A program made the position numbers and the translations under genes. Below are positions 43,834 through 52,308 of a stretch of 64,000 nucleotides of DNA, piece after piece. Origin of the DNA: Candidatus Undinarchaeota archaeon (lineage in GTDB: Archaea; SpSt-1190; JASMDC01); assembly GCA_964519305.1 (NCBI GenBank), contig CAZFHY010000001.1:474132-538131 (forward strand), given 5' to 3'. A model generated the notes under the pieces. It was not told the DNA's origin and searched no databases. It was given only the letters and a program-made list of their open reading frames with translations. Position 1 is the stretch's first letter. Each line of letters opens with the position of its first letter.

Positions 43834-44598
43834 CTATCTGAACATCACATCGGACGGTGAGATCGAGGACGCTCCCGGTGTCAGTTCTTCTGCGCGTTCC
43901 TTAACCTGACGGACCTCGGCCTCGATGAGCTCTGCTTGTTGAAGTAGCGGTTCAGCATCGACGCGGAGCTCAGGTAGAAGGGTCGAAAGAGCCTGGATCA
44001 GGTTCGCTGCCGCCCGGGCATCCGGGTATTCCTGGTGCGCCTCCGATATCAAGCAGAACATGTCCTGAGAGCTGTACTCCGCGAGATATAGCAGCACGCC
44101 GGAGAGCCCGCCCACTACCCCGTTCTCCATAGTGGCGACCTCATAGTCCTTGAGCAGCTGCTTCATATTATCCGTGGAAGTGACGCCGATTGTGTTCAGC
44201 GGCTCCTCCTTGACAGGCATCGACTCCAGTGAAACGACGACAGGTGCGCCCTTCTCCTTGGCCCAGTCGAGGATCCTGGTAGCCAACGGCTTGACAAGCG
44301 GCGCAGGGGGTACGAACTCGGACATGACCACTATGAAGCTTGAGCAGATCCGCTCGCCCTTGCACACTCGCTTCCCCCCATAGATACGAACCGGAGGGAG
44401 GGGCACCCCGTCATGGACCACGGCCGCGGGCTGGAACACGGTAGCGTCCATACCCCCGATGCGCTTGAGCTTGAGGGTAGTCGTAATGAAGTTGGCCGCG
44501 ATGGAGCTCACAACACCCATCGTGGGAAAGCAAACGAGGACAAGAGGGTCCTTAAGCCCTTTCAGTCCCTTCTCATAGATAGTGATCTCGTCGGTCAT
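43834..44598 (-). CDS. PAC2-family proteasome assembly chaperone
   Basis: FPTMGVVSSIAA, PPVRIY, VGGLSGVLL, YPDARAAA. Confidence 0.88.
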   Translation of the reverse strand: MTDEITIYEKGLKGLKDPLVLVCFPTMGVVSSIAANFITTTLKLKRIGGMDATVFQPAAVVHDGVPLPPVRIYGGKRVCKGERICSSFIVVMSEFVPPAPLVKPLATRILDWAKEKGAPVVVSLESMPVKEEPLNTIGVTSTDNMKQLLKDYEVATMENGVVGGLSGVLLYLAEYSSQDMFCLISEAHQEYPDARAAANLIQALSTLLPELRVDAEPLLQQAELIEAEVRQVKERAEELTPGASSISPSDVMFR

Positions 44599-44663
44599 CC
44601 CGTTTCTCACCGCTGTAGTGGATGCAGCACAGCAATAAAAAGATTGTCGGCCGGGTACACGCC

Positions 44664-45182
44664 ATGTCCTTAAACGTCATGCTCCTTGCCCAAGAGCTCG
44701 GCCGCCTCAAACGTATCCCTCGCACGGGGTGGGCACTACGCGGCGTCCCTGGGCCCGAGTCGGTCGCGGACCATTCGTACCGCACGACCGTTCTTGCTAT
44801 GGTCCTCGGAGACCGCCTTGGGCTCGATACCGATCGCATGATGCGCATGGCGCTCCTTCACGAGCTATCCGAATGTCGGACAGGCGATATCCCGTCGGGG
44901 GCCATCCCGATCGAGCAGAAGACCGCGATCGAGCAGCGAGTGGCAAGGGATTTGCTCGCCGCTGCTGGCGACGATGGCGTCTATCAGGAGCTCATCGAGG
45001 ACTTTCTTGAAGGGCGGAGTCGGGAGGCTCGGCTCGTCCGTGACCTGGACAGGTTGGAGATGCTCCTTCAGGCATTGGAGTACCAGGACGCAGGATTCCC
45101 GGTGTTCGAGGAGTTCTATACCAACACTATAGAGTCCATCCGTGAGCCTGAGGTACGAGCGCTTGCGGAGGCGCTGCGGTGA
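44664..45182 (+). CDS. HD-domain 5'-deoxynucleotidase-like hydrolase (YfbR/HDDC2 family)
   Basis: LKRIPRTGW, ESVADHS, ALLHE..E..TGDI, DLDRLEMLLQA. Confidence 0.9.
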   Translation: MSLNVMLLAQELGRLKRIPRTGWALRGVPGPESVADHSYRTTVLAMVLGDRLGLDTDRMMRMALLHELSECRTGDIPSGAIPIEQKTAIEQRVARDLLAAAGDDGVYQELIEDFLEGRSREARLVRDLDRLEMLLQALEYQDAGFPVFEEFYTNTIESIREPEVRALAEALR

Positions 45183-45601
45183 GGTCCTACGAGTTCCTTC
45201 CGCACACGGCGGACATCAAGGTCCTGGCTCGGGGGGATACTCTGGACGAGGCCGTAATGGCAGCAGCGGACGCCCTACTGGCATCCATCACCGATATCGC
45301 CAAGGTCCAGGATGATGAAGTGATCGATATCACGGTACGCCAGCCCGACCTCGAAACGCTGTTGGTGTCCGCACTGGAGGAACTGTTGTTCTATCACGAG
45401 ACCGAGGGAATGGTGTTCAAACGGCTCGAGGTGGGGCGTGTGGAGGAAGGTCCCGAGGGCTGGTTACTCCATGGCACTGCCCACGGCCAGTTCATCTCCG
45501 GGCATCTTATCGAGACCGAGATCAAGGCCATAACGTACAACGATATCCGTGTAGAGCAGGGAAGAAGCGGCTGGATAGTCCAGATAGTGTTCGATATTTG
45601 A
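45179..45601 (+). CDS. Archease
   Basis: YEFLPHTADI, EIKAITY, IVFDI C-terminus. Confidence 0.93.
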   Translation: MRSYEFLPHTADIKVLARGDTLDEAVMAAADALLASITDIAKVQDDEVIDITVRQPDLETLLVSALEELLFYHETEGMVFKRLEVGRVEEGPEGWLLHGTAHGQFISGHLIETEIKAITYNDIRVEQGRSGWIVQIVFDI

Positions 45602-45750
45602 AAAGGGCGCAGCCCCGTTGAGTATTTACACAAGGTATATAGTGCTCGGGCACCTTGTTGTATATAGGAGAGAAGGGTAAGACTCGTTGAGATTAGTACC
45701 GAAGCCGTTCCCCCGCAAACGACGACAAGAACTACCACACAAGGACTACT

Positions 45751-46983
45751 ATGGGAACTTCACGACCCGAGACCACACAGACGGTACTTTGGGAAGGCGT
45801 CGGTAGTCCCACGAACGTGGTCCCTTCACGAGGACATCCTCCTCGGGTCATTCTCTACCTGACTACCCTCCTTCTTCTCGTTATGATGGTCGACGTGGTT
45901 GCCGCCCCTGAAGAGGCGGACGCCAATACCCTTTGTGCGTGCCCGGGAACGGTGAACGTCTCCACGCTCACATGTTCGTACCACGAGGACGCTGTGATGG
46001 AAGGGTCTGATTTGCCGTACGGACGGACTACCTGCGGGCCGGACACCTGCCCCGTTTACACCGCACCCCTCGGGTACGAGAGGGAGGTATGCCATCCGCG
46101 CAACGGCCCCATACCCGCCATCGGGATAACGGACATACGGATACGTTCTCATCGGACACTCGAGGGAGGGATGGTCGGGCGGGTCACGTTCAAGGTGGTC
46201 CATACAGAATTCCTACAATCGGCCGAGAATGCGGACAAGGGGTGCGAACACTGTCAGGCCACCGTCTCCTACAGGAACATCGTAAAGATCTGCACGCACC
46301 TTGTCGATGGCCTGTTCAGCTGTGACGTCCCCGGTCCCGTGACGAACATACAACGCCCGGTGGTCACGATCATCGCTACGGATCCCATGTGCCATCATTG
46401 TACGAAGGCCGATGCACCGCATCTGTGCGATTTCGATGGCAGCCCGGCTCCTGAGACGGGCACGTGCATGCTCCACATCGATGCCCACGTCCAGACCGCG
46501 TTCTCACTTGAACGCTTTATCGAGCTCAAAGTGCGAAAAATGACTGGGACGGCGGACATCGTAGGCGATTCTATGAAAGCGTATGTCGGTGAACGGTTCG
46601 TGCTAGGTGCTCGTATCACCAACTACTGGACCCTTCCCGTGAACGTCGTGGTCATACTGGATAAGAAGGGGATATGGTCGACCTTCCAGGAACAGTCGTT
46701 CCCTCTCCTTCCCGGTGAGACAAGGACCGTGCCCATCGAACTGTTCCCCTACACGCGTGTCCACGACGCCCGCATCTCTCTCTCCGTTGAGGAGGCAGGA
46801 ATCCGCAATCAGCTGGACGAGAGCTCGTTCCACGTCCAGGTGATACATCCGGGAGGTAGCTCGTTCATGACCAATGCTCCGGGTGTGGGCGCTGTGGACA
46901 CCGCACTCCTCCTAGTGTTCTCGTCCTTCTTCCTTGCTAATCGGTGTGCGGGGCCGTACACCCGAAAGGGAACGTATAAATAG
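45751..46983 (+). CDS. Hypothetical Cys-rich membrane-anchored exported protein
   Basis: Hydrophobic segment VILYLTTLLLLVMMVDVVA, ~14 Cys in N-half, beta-rich C-half, C-terminal APG..TM; start uncertain. Confidence 0.7.
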   Translation: MGTSRPETTQTVLWEGVGSPTNVVPSRGHPPRVILYLTTLLLLVMMVDVVAAPEEADANTLCACPGTVNVSTLTCSYHEDAVMEGSDLPYGRTTCGPDTCPVYTAPLGYEREVCHPRNGPIPAIGITDIRIRSHRTLEGGMVGRVTFKVVHTEFLQSAENADKGCEHCQATVSYRNIVKICTHLVDGLFSCDVPGPVTNIQRPVVTIIATDPMCHHCTKADAPHLCDFDGSPAPETGTCMLHIDAHVQTAFSLERFIELKVRKMTGTADIVGDSMKAYVGERFVLGARITNYWTLPVNVVVILDKKGIWSTFQEQSFPLLPGETRTVPIELFPYTRVHDARISLSVEEAGIRNQLDESSFHVQVIHPGGSSFMTNAPGVGAVDTALLLVFSSFFLANRCAGPYTRKGTYK

Positions 46984-47020
46984 GGTTCTCGGACCGGTCT
47001 TCATTTAGCAGTGGTTACTC

Positions 47021-47803
47021 ATGTACATCCTTGACGCTCTCCTGCATCGGGACCGCGACGAAGAACCGCTCCGTGTCGCGACGCTCATGCACCATGCCAA
47101 GGGCTTCAATGCAACGCTGGCCGTCTCTTACTTGGAGAAGGCGGGTGTGGAGGTGCATCAGTACAGGGCGTACATGGGCGAGTTCCCGGACCCGGAGGCG
47201 TATGACGGTTTCATCGGTGTGGGATCATCCTTCAATGTGCGTGATAAGCGTGGACAGCGGTGGCTCGAGCTCGAAAAGGAGTTCTACCGCGATGTCGAAC
47301 GGCCGACATTGGGCATTTGCTTCTCACATCAGGTCATGGCCGAGGCGTATGGTGGCCTTAGCGAAAAAGCTGCTGGCTACGAACTGTGCAGAGGTGCAGT
47401 CAAGGTCCATGTCGACACATCCTGCCCCCTCTACGAGGGACTCGACGATGAGGTCTTCGTATCGGCAGTGCACGGTGATGAGGTCGTCGAGGTGCCCGGG
47501 GAGTTCGAGGTCGATGCCTACTCGGACATATGTGCTGTGGAAGGAATGCACCACCGTGAGAAACCCCTCTACGCGGTCCAGTTCCACCCCGAACGTGCCA
47601 GTCTCGTAGAACAAGCGGGCCACTCCAACGACGATGGCTACCGTATGTTGGAGAACTTCCTTGGGATCGTGCGTGAGAATAAAATGGAGAGGGAAGGGAC
47701 CGATCCCCCCGAGGAAGAGATGCCAGACCAAGGACCCAAGGGAATTTCGCGGATCGGCCATGCTATCGGTAGCTATCTAAAGGACATCTTCGGTAGTGGA
47801 TGA
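47021..47803 (+). CDS. Type 1 glutamine amidotransferase (GMP-synthase-like, stand-alone)
   Basis: LGICFSHQ, HGDEV, VQFHPE catalytic triad. Confidence 0.9.
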   Translation: MYILDALLHRDRDEEPLRVATLMHHAKGFNATLAVSYLEKAGVEVHQYRAYMGEFPDPEAYDGFIGVGSSFNVRDKRGQRWLELEKEFYRDVERPTLGICFSHQVMAEAYGGLSEKAAGYELCRGAVKVHVDTSCPLYEGLDDEVFVSAVHGDEVVEVPGEFEVDAYSDICAVEGMHHREKPLYAVQFHPERASLVEQAGHSNDDGYRMLENFLGIVRENKMEREGTDPPEEEMPDQGPKGISRIGHAIGSYLKDIFGSG

Positions 47804-47820
47804 TCACATGCTGATCAGCA

Positions 47821-48411
47821 TCAGGTCTTAGTATCTTCAAATGGACTGATACCTACTTTCCCCAGCATCTCCAACACGAGAGCTATAGGAAGTCCGACGA
47901 TATTGGAATAACACCCCTCGATCCGTTCGACCAGTGCCGCACCTCGCCCTTGGATGGCGTACGCCCCGGCCTTCCCCATTCCATCTCCCGAGCCAACATA
48001 GGACTGGAACGTCTCTTTGGGAAGGTCCCTGAACCGGACGACGGTACGTTCATGACCGACCTGCAGCACACCTGTGTCACAGTCCATTACCGCTATACCG
48101 GTGAGTACCTCATGCTGTCTGCCGTTCAGGGACAGAAGGGTCGCCAACGCGTCCTGGGCATGCGCGGGCTTGCCCAACACGCTATCATCCAGGAGTATCA
48201 TAGTATCGGCACCGAGCACCACCGCGTCCTGAAGTTCGAATGCCACGAAGCCAGCTTTCCGTCGGGCGAGCGTCTCCACGTACTCTACAGCATCGGTGAC
48301 ACCGGGAAGTGACTCGTCAACTTGTGGCGGGATGACCTCGGGATTGAGCCCTATCTGCTTCAGCAGCGCGAGGCGCTGTTGTGAACCGGATGCGAGCACT
48401 AGACGTCGCAT
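47821..48411 (-). CDS. maf: Maf-family nucleoside triphosphate pyrophosphatase
   Basis: LVLASGS..R, GADT, H..LTG, KAGAYAIQG, IEGCYSNIVGLP. Confidence 0.94.
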   Translation of the reverse strand: MRRLVLASGSQQRLALLKQIGLNPEVIPPQVDESLPGVTDAVEYVETLARRKAGFVAFELQDAVVLGADTMILLDDSVLGKPAHAQDALATLLSLNGRQHEVLTGIAVMDCDTGVLQVGHERTVVRFRDLPKETFQSYVGSGDGMGKAGAYAIQGRGAALVERIEGCYSNIVGLPIALVLEMLGKVGISPFEDTKT

Positions 48412-48415
48412 ATGC

Positions 48416-49783
48416 CTATGAGGAGCCGTCCGGTTCCTCACGGAGGCTCTCGGCCACGTGCTCAGCTATCTCACGGCCCTTTGCCTTTACAGCGTCCTCG
48501 TTCATGGTGAGGAGCTCGCGGTCGCGCATGACCATCTGGCCGTTGATGATGCTGGTCTCGACATCGTTGTGATCGGCAGCGTAAACGATGGACGAGTACA
48601 CGTTGTAGCTCGGTGTCATATTCGGACTGTCGGTCCCGATCACTATAAGGTCGGCCTTCTTACCGGCCTCAAGGGATCCGATCTTGTCCTCCATGTGCAG
48701 GGCCCGTGCCCCACCGATGGTTGCCATCTCGACCACTCGCTGAGCGGGCATAGCTGTGCAGTCCATGGAGTGGATCTTGTGGAGCTTTGCGGTCGTGTCC
48801 ATCTCACCGAACATGTCAAGGTCGTTGTTTGATGCGGCACCATCGGTACCAAGACCAACGTACCCACCCTTGTCAATAAGGTCAGGGATCGGCGCAACGC
48901 CCGATGCGAGCTTCATGTTGCTCTCGGGATTGTGGGCGATACCAGTTCCGGTCTTGACCAGCAGGTCCTTTTCGTTCTCCGTGAGCCAGACACAATGGGC
49001 AGCGACCACGTTGTCGCCCAGGACTCCGATCGAGTTCAGGTACTCAGTAGGCGTCTTGCCGTGCTTCTCCTTGATCTGCTCGACCTCGCTCTGGGTCTCT
49101 GAAAGATGGATGATATAGGGAACGCCCTCCTTATCGGCGAGATCTTTTGCCGCTTTCAGGCTCTTGGGCCCTACTGTGTAGGGTGCGTGAGGAGCAACGG
49201 CAGGTGTGATTAGGTCATCGCCCTTCCAGTCCTTTATGAAAGTCTCAGCGTAATTGATCCCCCCGGCCGGGTCCGCCGAATCCGGTGATGGGAAGTCCAG
49301 GACGGTCTCCCCCAGAACAGCGCGCATGCCAGCTTCCTTAGTGGCCTTAGCGGCCCTATCCTCGAAGTAGTACATGTCGCAGAACGTGGTAGTTCCGCCC
49401 TTGATCATCTCTGCGCACGCCAGCTTGGTCCCGTGGTAGACCATATCGGCGTTCGTGTTCTTCGCCTCGGCAGGGAATATGTAGTCCTGAAGCCATTCCA
49501 TTAGAGGCAGGTCGTCAGCCATCCCGCGATAGACGCTCATTGCTGCATGAGTATGAGCGTTCACCAATCCGGGCATCACGATCTTGCCCGAGGCATCGAC
49601 ATCCTCCTTGGCGTCATAGAGGGTACGGGCCTCCGCGGCCGTCCCCACATATACGATCTCGTCACCCCTCATGGCTACCGCTCCGTCCTGGTAGACGTTC
49701 CGGTCTCCGTCCATGGTGACAACGGTCCCGCCAGTAACCAGGACATCCACGGTCTCCCGGTCTGTGGCTTCATATTCGAACAT
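48416..49783 (-). CDS. mtaD: Amidohydrolase, MTA/SAH deaminase family
   Basis: PGLVNAHTH, GTTTFCDMY, APHAPY, IHLSET, AAHCV, HNPESNMKLASG, GTDGAASNN. Confidence 0.85.
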   Translation of the reverse strand: MFEYEATDRETVDVLVTGGTVVTMDGDRNVYQDGAVAMRGDEIVYVGTAAEARTLYDAKEDVDASGKIVMPGLVNAHTHAAMSVYRGMADDLPLMEWLQDYIFPAEAKNTNADMVYHGTKLACAEMIKGGTTTFCDMYYFEDRAAKATKEAGMRAVLGETVLDFPSPDSADPAGGINYAETFIKDWKGDDLITPAVAPHAPYTVGPKSLKAAKDLADKEGVPYIIHLSETQSEVEQIKEKHGKTPTEYLNSIGVLGDNVVAAHCVWLTENEKDLLVKTGTGIAHNPESNMKLASGVAPIPDLIDKGGYVGLGTDGAASNNDLDMFGEMDTTAKLHKIHSMDCTAMPAQRVVEMATIGGARALHMEDKIGSLEAGKKADLIVIGTDSPNMTPSYNVYSSIVYAADHNDVETSIINGQMVMRDRELLTMNEDAVKAKGREIAEHVAESLREEPDGSS

Positions 49784-49803
49784 AATGACTCACCTTTATG
49801 TTG

Positions 49804-49817
49804 CTACTGTATAGTAG
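49804..49817. promoter_or_regulatory. CTACT-N4-AGTAG palindrome upstream of mtaD-like gene
   Basis: CTACT-GTAT-AGTAG between TATA (49830-49838) and start codon; same core as the site at 38661-38674. Confidence 0.55.
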
Positions 49818-49859
49818 TGTCATTTCTCCTATATATATGTTTCGTCTCCGTGTCCCGTT

Positions 49860-50003
49860 ATGGAGGCTGAGGAGCGAGTGGTCCAGTATATGAAGCTTGC
49901 GTTTGGTGTCTACTTCGCAGCAGGCATCTACCTTATGCTCAACGAGCTGTGTACCATCTCGCGCAGGTTGGAAGAACTCGATCGGCGCCTTGCGGACCAG
50001 TAG
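49860..50003 (+). CDS. 47-aa single-TM microprotein (below ORF-track cutoff)
   Basis: MEAEERVVQYMKLAFGVYFAAGIYLMLNELCTISRRLEELDRRLADQ; ATG ~22 nt after TATATATAT. Confidence 0.55.
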   Translation: MEAEERVVQYMKLAFGVYFAAGIYLMLNELCTISRRLEELDRRLADQ

Positions 50004-50884
50004 GCAGTCACGGGGCGATGGACCGGATAGGGCCCTTTATCCAGGTCCACCTTATCAAGTCCTTTCTTTGAGATGCGAACCGCAACATCCCGTAGCCCAA
50101 GAAAAAGAGATTTTCCGTCATAAGGATCCGGAGCAGCATGAAGTACAGGTCCCTCGAGCGTCCCATGTACCTCGAACTCCCCGGTCTCAAGGTCCACTGT
50201 GAACACATCCCCCCCTTCAGTCCCAATAATCGCTTCCATTCCTGAAGGCCATACCGTTGTGATGCGCCCATCGAGTCGGCCCAGCGTACGGGGCCCATCT
50301 CCGTCGATCGCAACGAGGGCGCTCGTCCCACGCATCGTCTCATGGACCGTAACAAGAGCTTTTTCACCCCAATCAGTCACCAAGTCAGCAACGCCATGGT
50401 TCAGGGGATGGGTGATTGCGGGTTCATCGGGATCGGGATCAAGAATATGGAGCGCTCTACCACACACAGAAAGGATATATCCCTCCAGGGGCATTACGGC
50501 CCGTACATCCTCTGTGAAACGATACCCGTGGGGCTCTAGCCCTTCCCCTTTACGCCACCAGACTAGGCTGTCGTCAACGGGCACGATGATTGCATCACCA
50601 TCCTTGGCGGGGATCCCTACGTGTCTAGCAGATAATATTGTTCGCCAACGGGCGTCCGGATCGGGTCGCTCCAGGTCCAGAAGCATGCTCTTAGGCCCTC
50701 TGAGAACGAGTACCAGCGGCCCTTCCGGTTCAATAGGTAGCATGAAGATAACTGCATGGTCATGGTCGGTGAACGAGAACACTGTGGAAGAGACAAGCCC
50801 CCCATCATCCATCGGCATCAGGGCCCCCATTGTCCCAGTGGCAGTCCCAAAGAACGCCAAAGGACATGCTCCCCGCATCCCCAT
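49928..50884 (-). CDS. Hypothetical beta-rich (propeller-like) protein
   Basis: 318 aa, repeated strand patterns (IIGTEGGDVFTVDLETG); TTTAAAT box upstream. Confidence 0.65.
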   Translation of the reverse strand: MGMRGACPLAFFGTATGTMGALMPMDDGGLVSSTVFSFTDHDHAVIFMLPIEPEGPLVLVLRGPKSMLLDLERPDPDARWRTILSARHVGIPAKDGDAIIVPVDDSLVWWRKGEGLEPHGYRFTEDVRAVMPLEGYILSVCGRALHILDPDPDEPAITHPLNHGVADLVTDWGEKALVTVHETMRGTSALVAIDGDGPRTLGRLDGRITTVWPSGMEAIIGTEGGDVFTVDLETGEFEVHGTLEGPVLHAAPDPYDGKSLFLGLRDVAVRISKKGLDKVDLDKGPYPVHRPVTAYWSARRRSSSSNLREMVHSSLSIR

Positions 50885-50996
50885 GTTCAGTCATGCGGGC
50901 GCACATTAATTTAAAATGGACCATGTGAGTGCATCATTCCAACCGTCAACCTAAGCCGGAAAAACATGCGGGAAATATCGGGTTTGAGAGCCTTCG

Positions 50997-51118
50997 AACG
51001 TTGCGTGACCGTCCCGACGTTGACATATCCGCGTTTCCCTCGCATTATTGAAAGTGAAAACACCTGAAATATCCCCCTTGATTGTTTACTTTTCGTTTAG
51101 CGACCGTTGCGCAACCGT
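50997..51118. promoter_or_regulatory. Paired 16-bp pseudo-palindromic sites upstream of pilin
   Basis: AACGTTGCGTGACCGT (50997) and ACCGTTGCGCAACCGT (51103), 13/16 identical, 106 bp apart, just upstream of TATA TTTTATA (~51131). Confidence 0.5.
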
Positions 51119-51175
51119 TTCAGGAAATCATTTTATACCGGGATGAACTAAGCCACTTCCGTTTAGGTGAACACC

Positions 51176-51760
51176 ATGCCGTCCAACAAGAAATCTGCAA
51201 GGGGCCAAGCCGCGCTTGAGTTCCTCATGACGTACGGGTGGGTTCTAGTGATTATCGTTATCGCTGGCGCCGCCCTGTATTCGATGGGTATCTTGAACCC
51301 ATCCACATATATGAAGAAGGGCTGCGTCGGCTTCGAGAAGATCCACTATAAGGACCATCTCTTCAAGACGAGCCCTGACGACACAGGACTCTGGACCGTC
51401 TGGTCCTCTGAGACCGAGCGCGAGAGCATCTTCCAGCTCCGTATCCAGAACGGCGCTGGCGAGACACTTCGCATCCGAGGTCTCGATGTGGAGTACCCCG
51501 ATGGTATCCACGTGACCTGGTCCGAGCGCGGGTACGACTGCGACTACTACAACACCGCAGACTCCACCGACTCGGGCTGCCAGGAGCAGAACGTGTCAGA
51601 GGCCGAGGTCACCACCCTCAAGATGGAGGATGTAGGCCGCGGAACTCTGGACCTCCGCTTCGGTACAGTGTACAGGTCCAAGGTGAAGGTCACCTTCGAT
51701 GTGTTCAACGCACTGGCTGACCACACTGAGACCGCCATCTGCTCGGGTAAGCTCGAGTAG
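51176..51760 (+). CDS. Archaeal type IV pilin-like protein (class III signal peptide)
   Basis: AGGTGA RBS; MPSNKKSARG/QAALEFLMTYGWVLVIIVIAGAALYSMG. Confidence 0.9.
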   Translation: MPSNKKSARGQAALEFLMTYGWVLVIIVIAGAALYSMGILNPSTYMKKGCVGFEKIHYKDHLFKTSPDDTGLWTVWSSETERESIFQLRIQNGAGETLRIRGLDVEYPDGIHVTWSERGYDCDYYNTADSTDSGCQEQNVSEAEVTTLKMEDVGRGTLDLRFGTVYRSKVKVTFDVFNALADHTETAICSGKLE

Positions 51761-51772
51761 ACCTGACGGAAA

Positions 51773-51820
51773 GAAGGGGTCCTCCGGGACCCCTTCATTT
51801 TTCTCTTTTTCTGTTTTTCT
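51773..51820 (+). terminator. Hairpin + U-tract terminator after pilin
   Basis: GAAGGGGTCC-TCCG-GGACCCCTTC perfect 10-bp stem followed by ATTTTTCTCTTTTTCTGTTTTT. Confidence 0.8.
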
Positions 51821-51827
51821 CTCCGCT

Positions 51828-52244
51828 ATGAAGAAGACCGAACGGAAATCTCGCATCTCCGTGCGGCCCCAGACACTCATCCTCCTGCTCATTCTTTCCC
51901 AAGCATTTGATGTAATTACGACCTACGTGGGCATCCAGCTCGGATTGACTGAACGGAACACTCTGATCGTACCAATCGCCAACGACCTACTCAGCCTCAT
52001 TGAGTTCAAACTTGTTTTCTTCTTCCCAATAGTACTCCTTCCTGTTGCCCTCCTGTACATCGCTTACATTGCATCTGTGACCACTAAACGGCACACGGAC
52101 AAGAAATTACATACCGCCCCCCGAAAAGAGAGCCATTTATTCAGCAATCTGCTTCAGGGCCTACTTTTCTTCCTACTTGTCTGGAGTTGGGCTGTTATTG
52201 TCAACAACATAATCGGCATCGCTCACATAACGATAAGCCATTGA
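51828..52244 (+). CDS. Small membrane protein (DUF5658-like)
   Basis: FDVITTYVGIQLGLTERN motif, 3 TMs, VIVNN C-terminal motif; visibly lower GC. Confidence 0.65.
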   Translation: MKKTERKSRISVRPQTLILLLILSQAFDVITTYVGIQLGLTERNTLIVPIANDLLSLIEFKLVFFFPIVLLPVALLYIAYIASVTTKRHTDKKLHTAPRKESHLFSNLLQGLLFFLLVWSWAVIVNNIIGIAHITISH

Positions 52245-52308
52245 GCCGTATAACCTAGGTCAGAGAGTTCCTTGAACTGTATAGCATTCCCCTTGTAGGG
52301 CATGAAAG

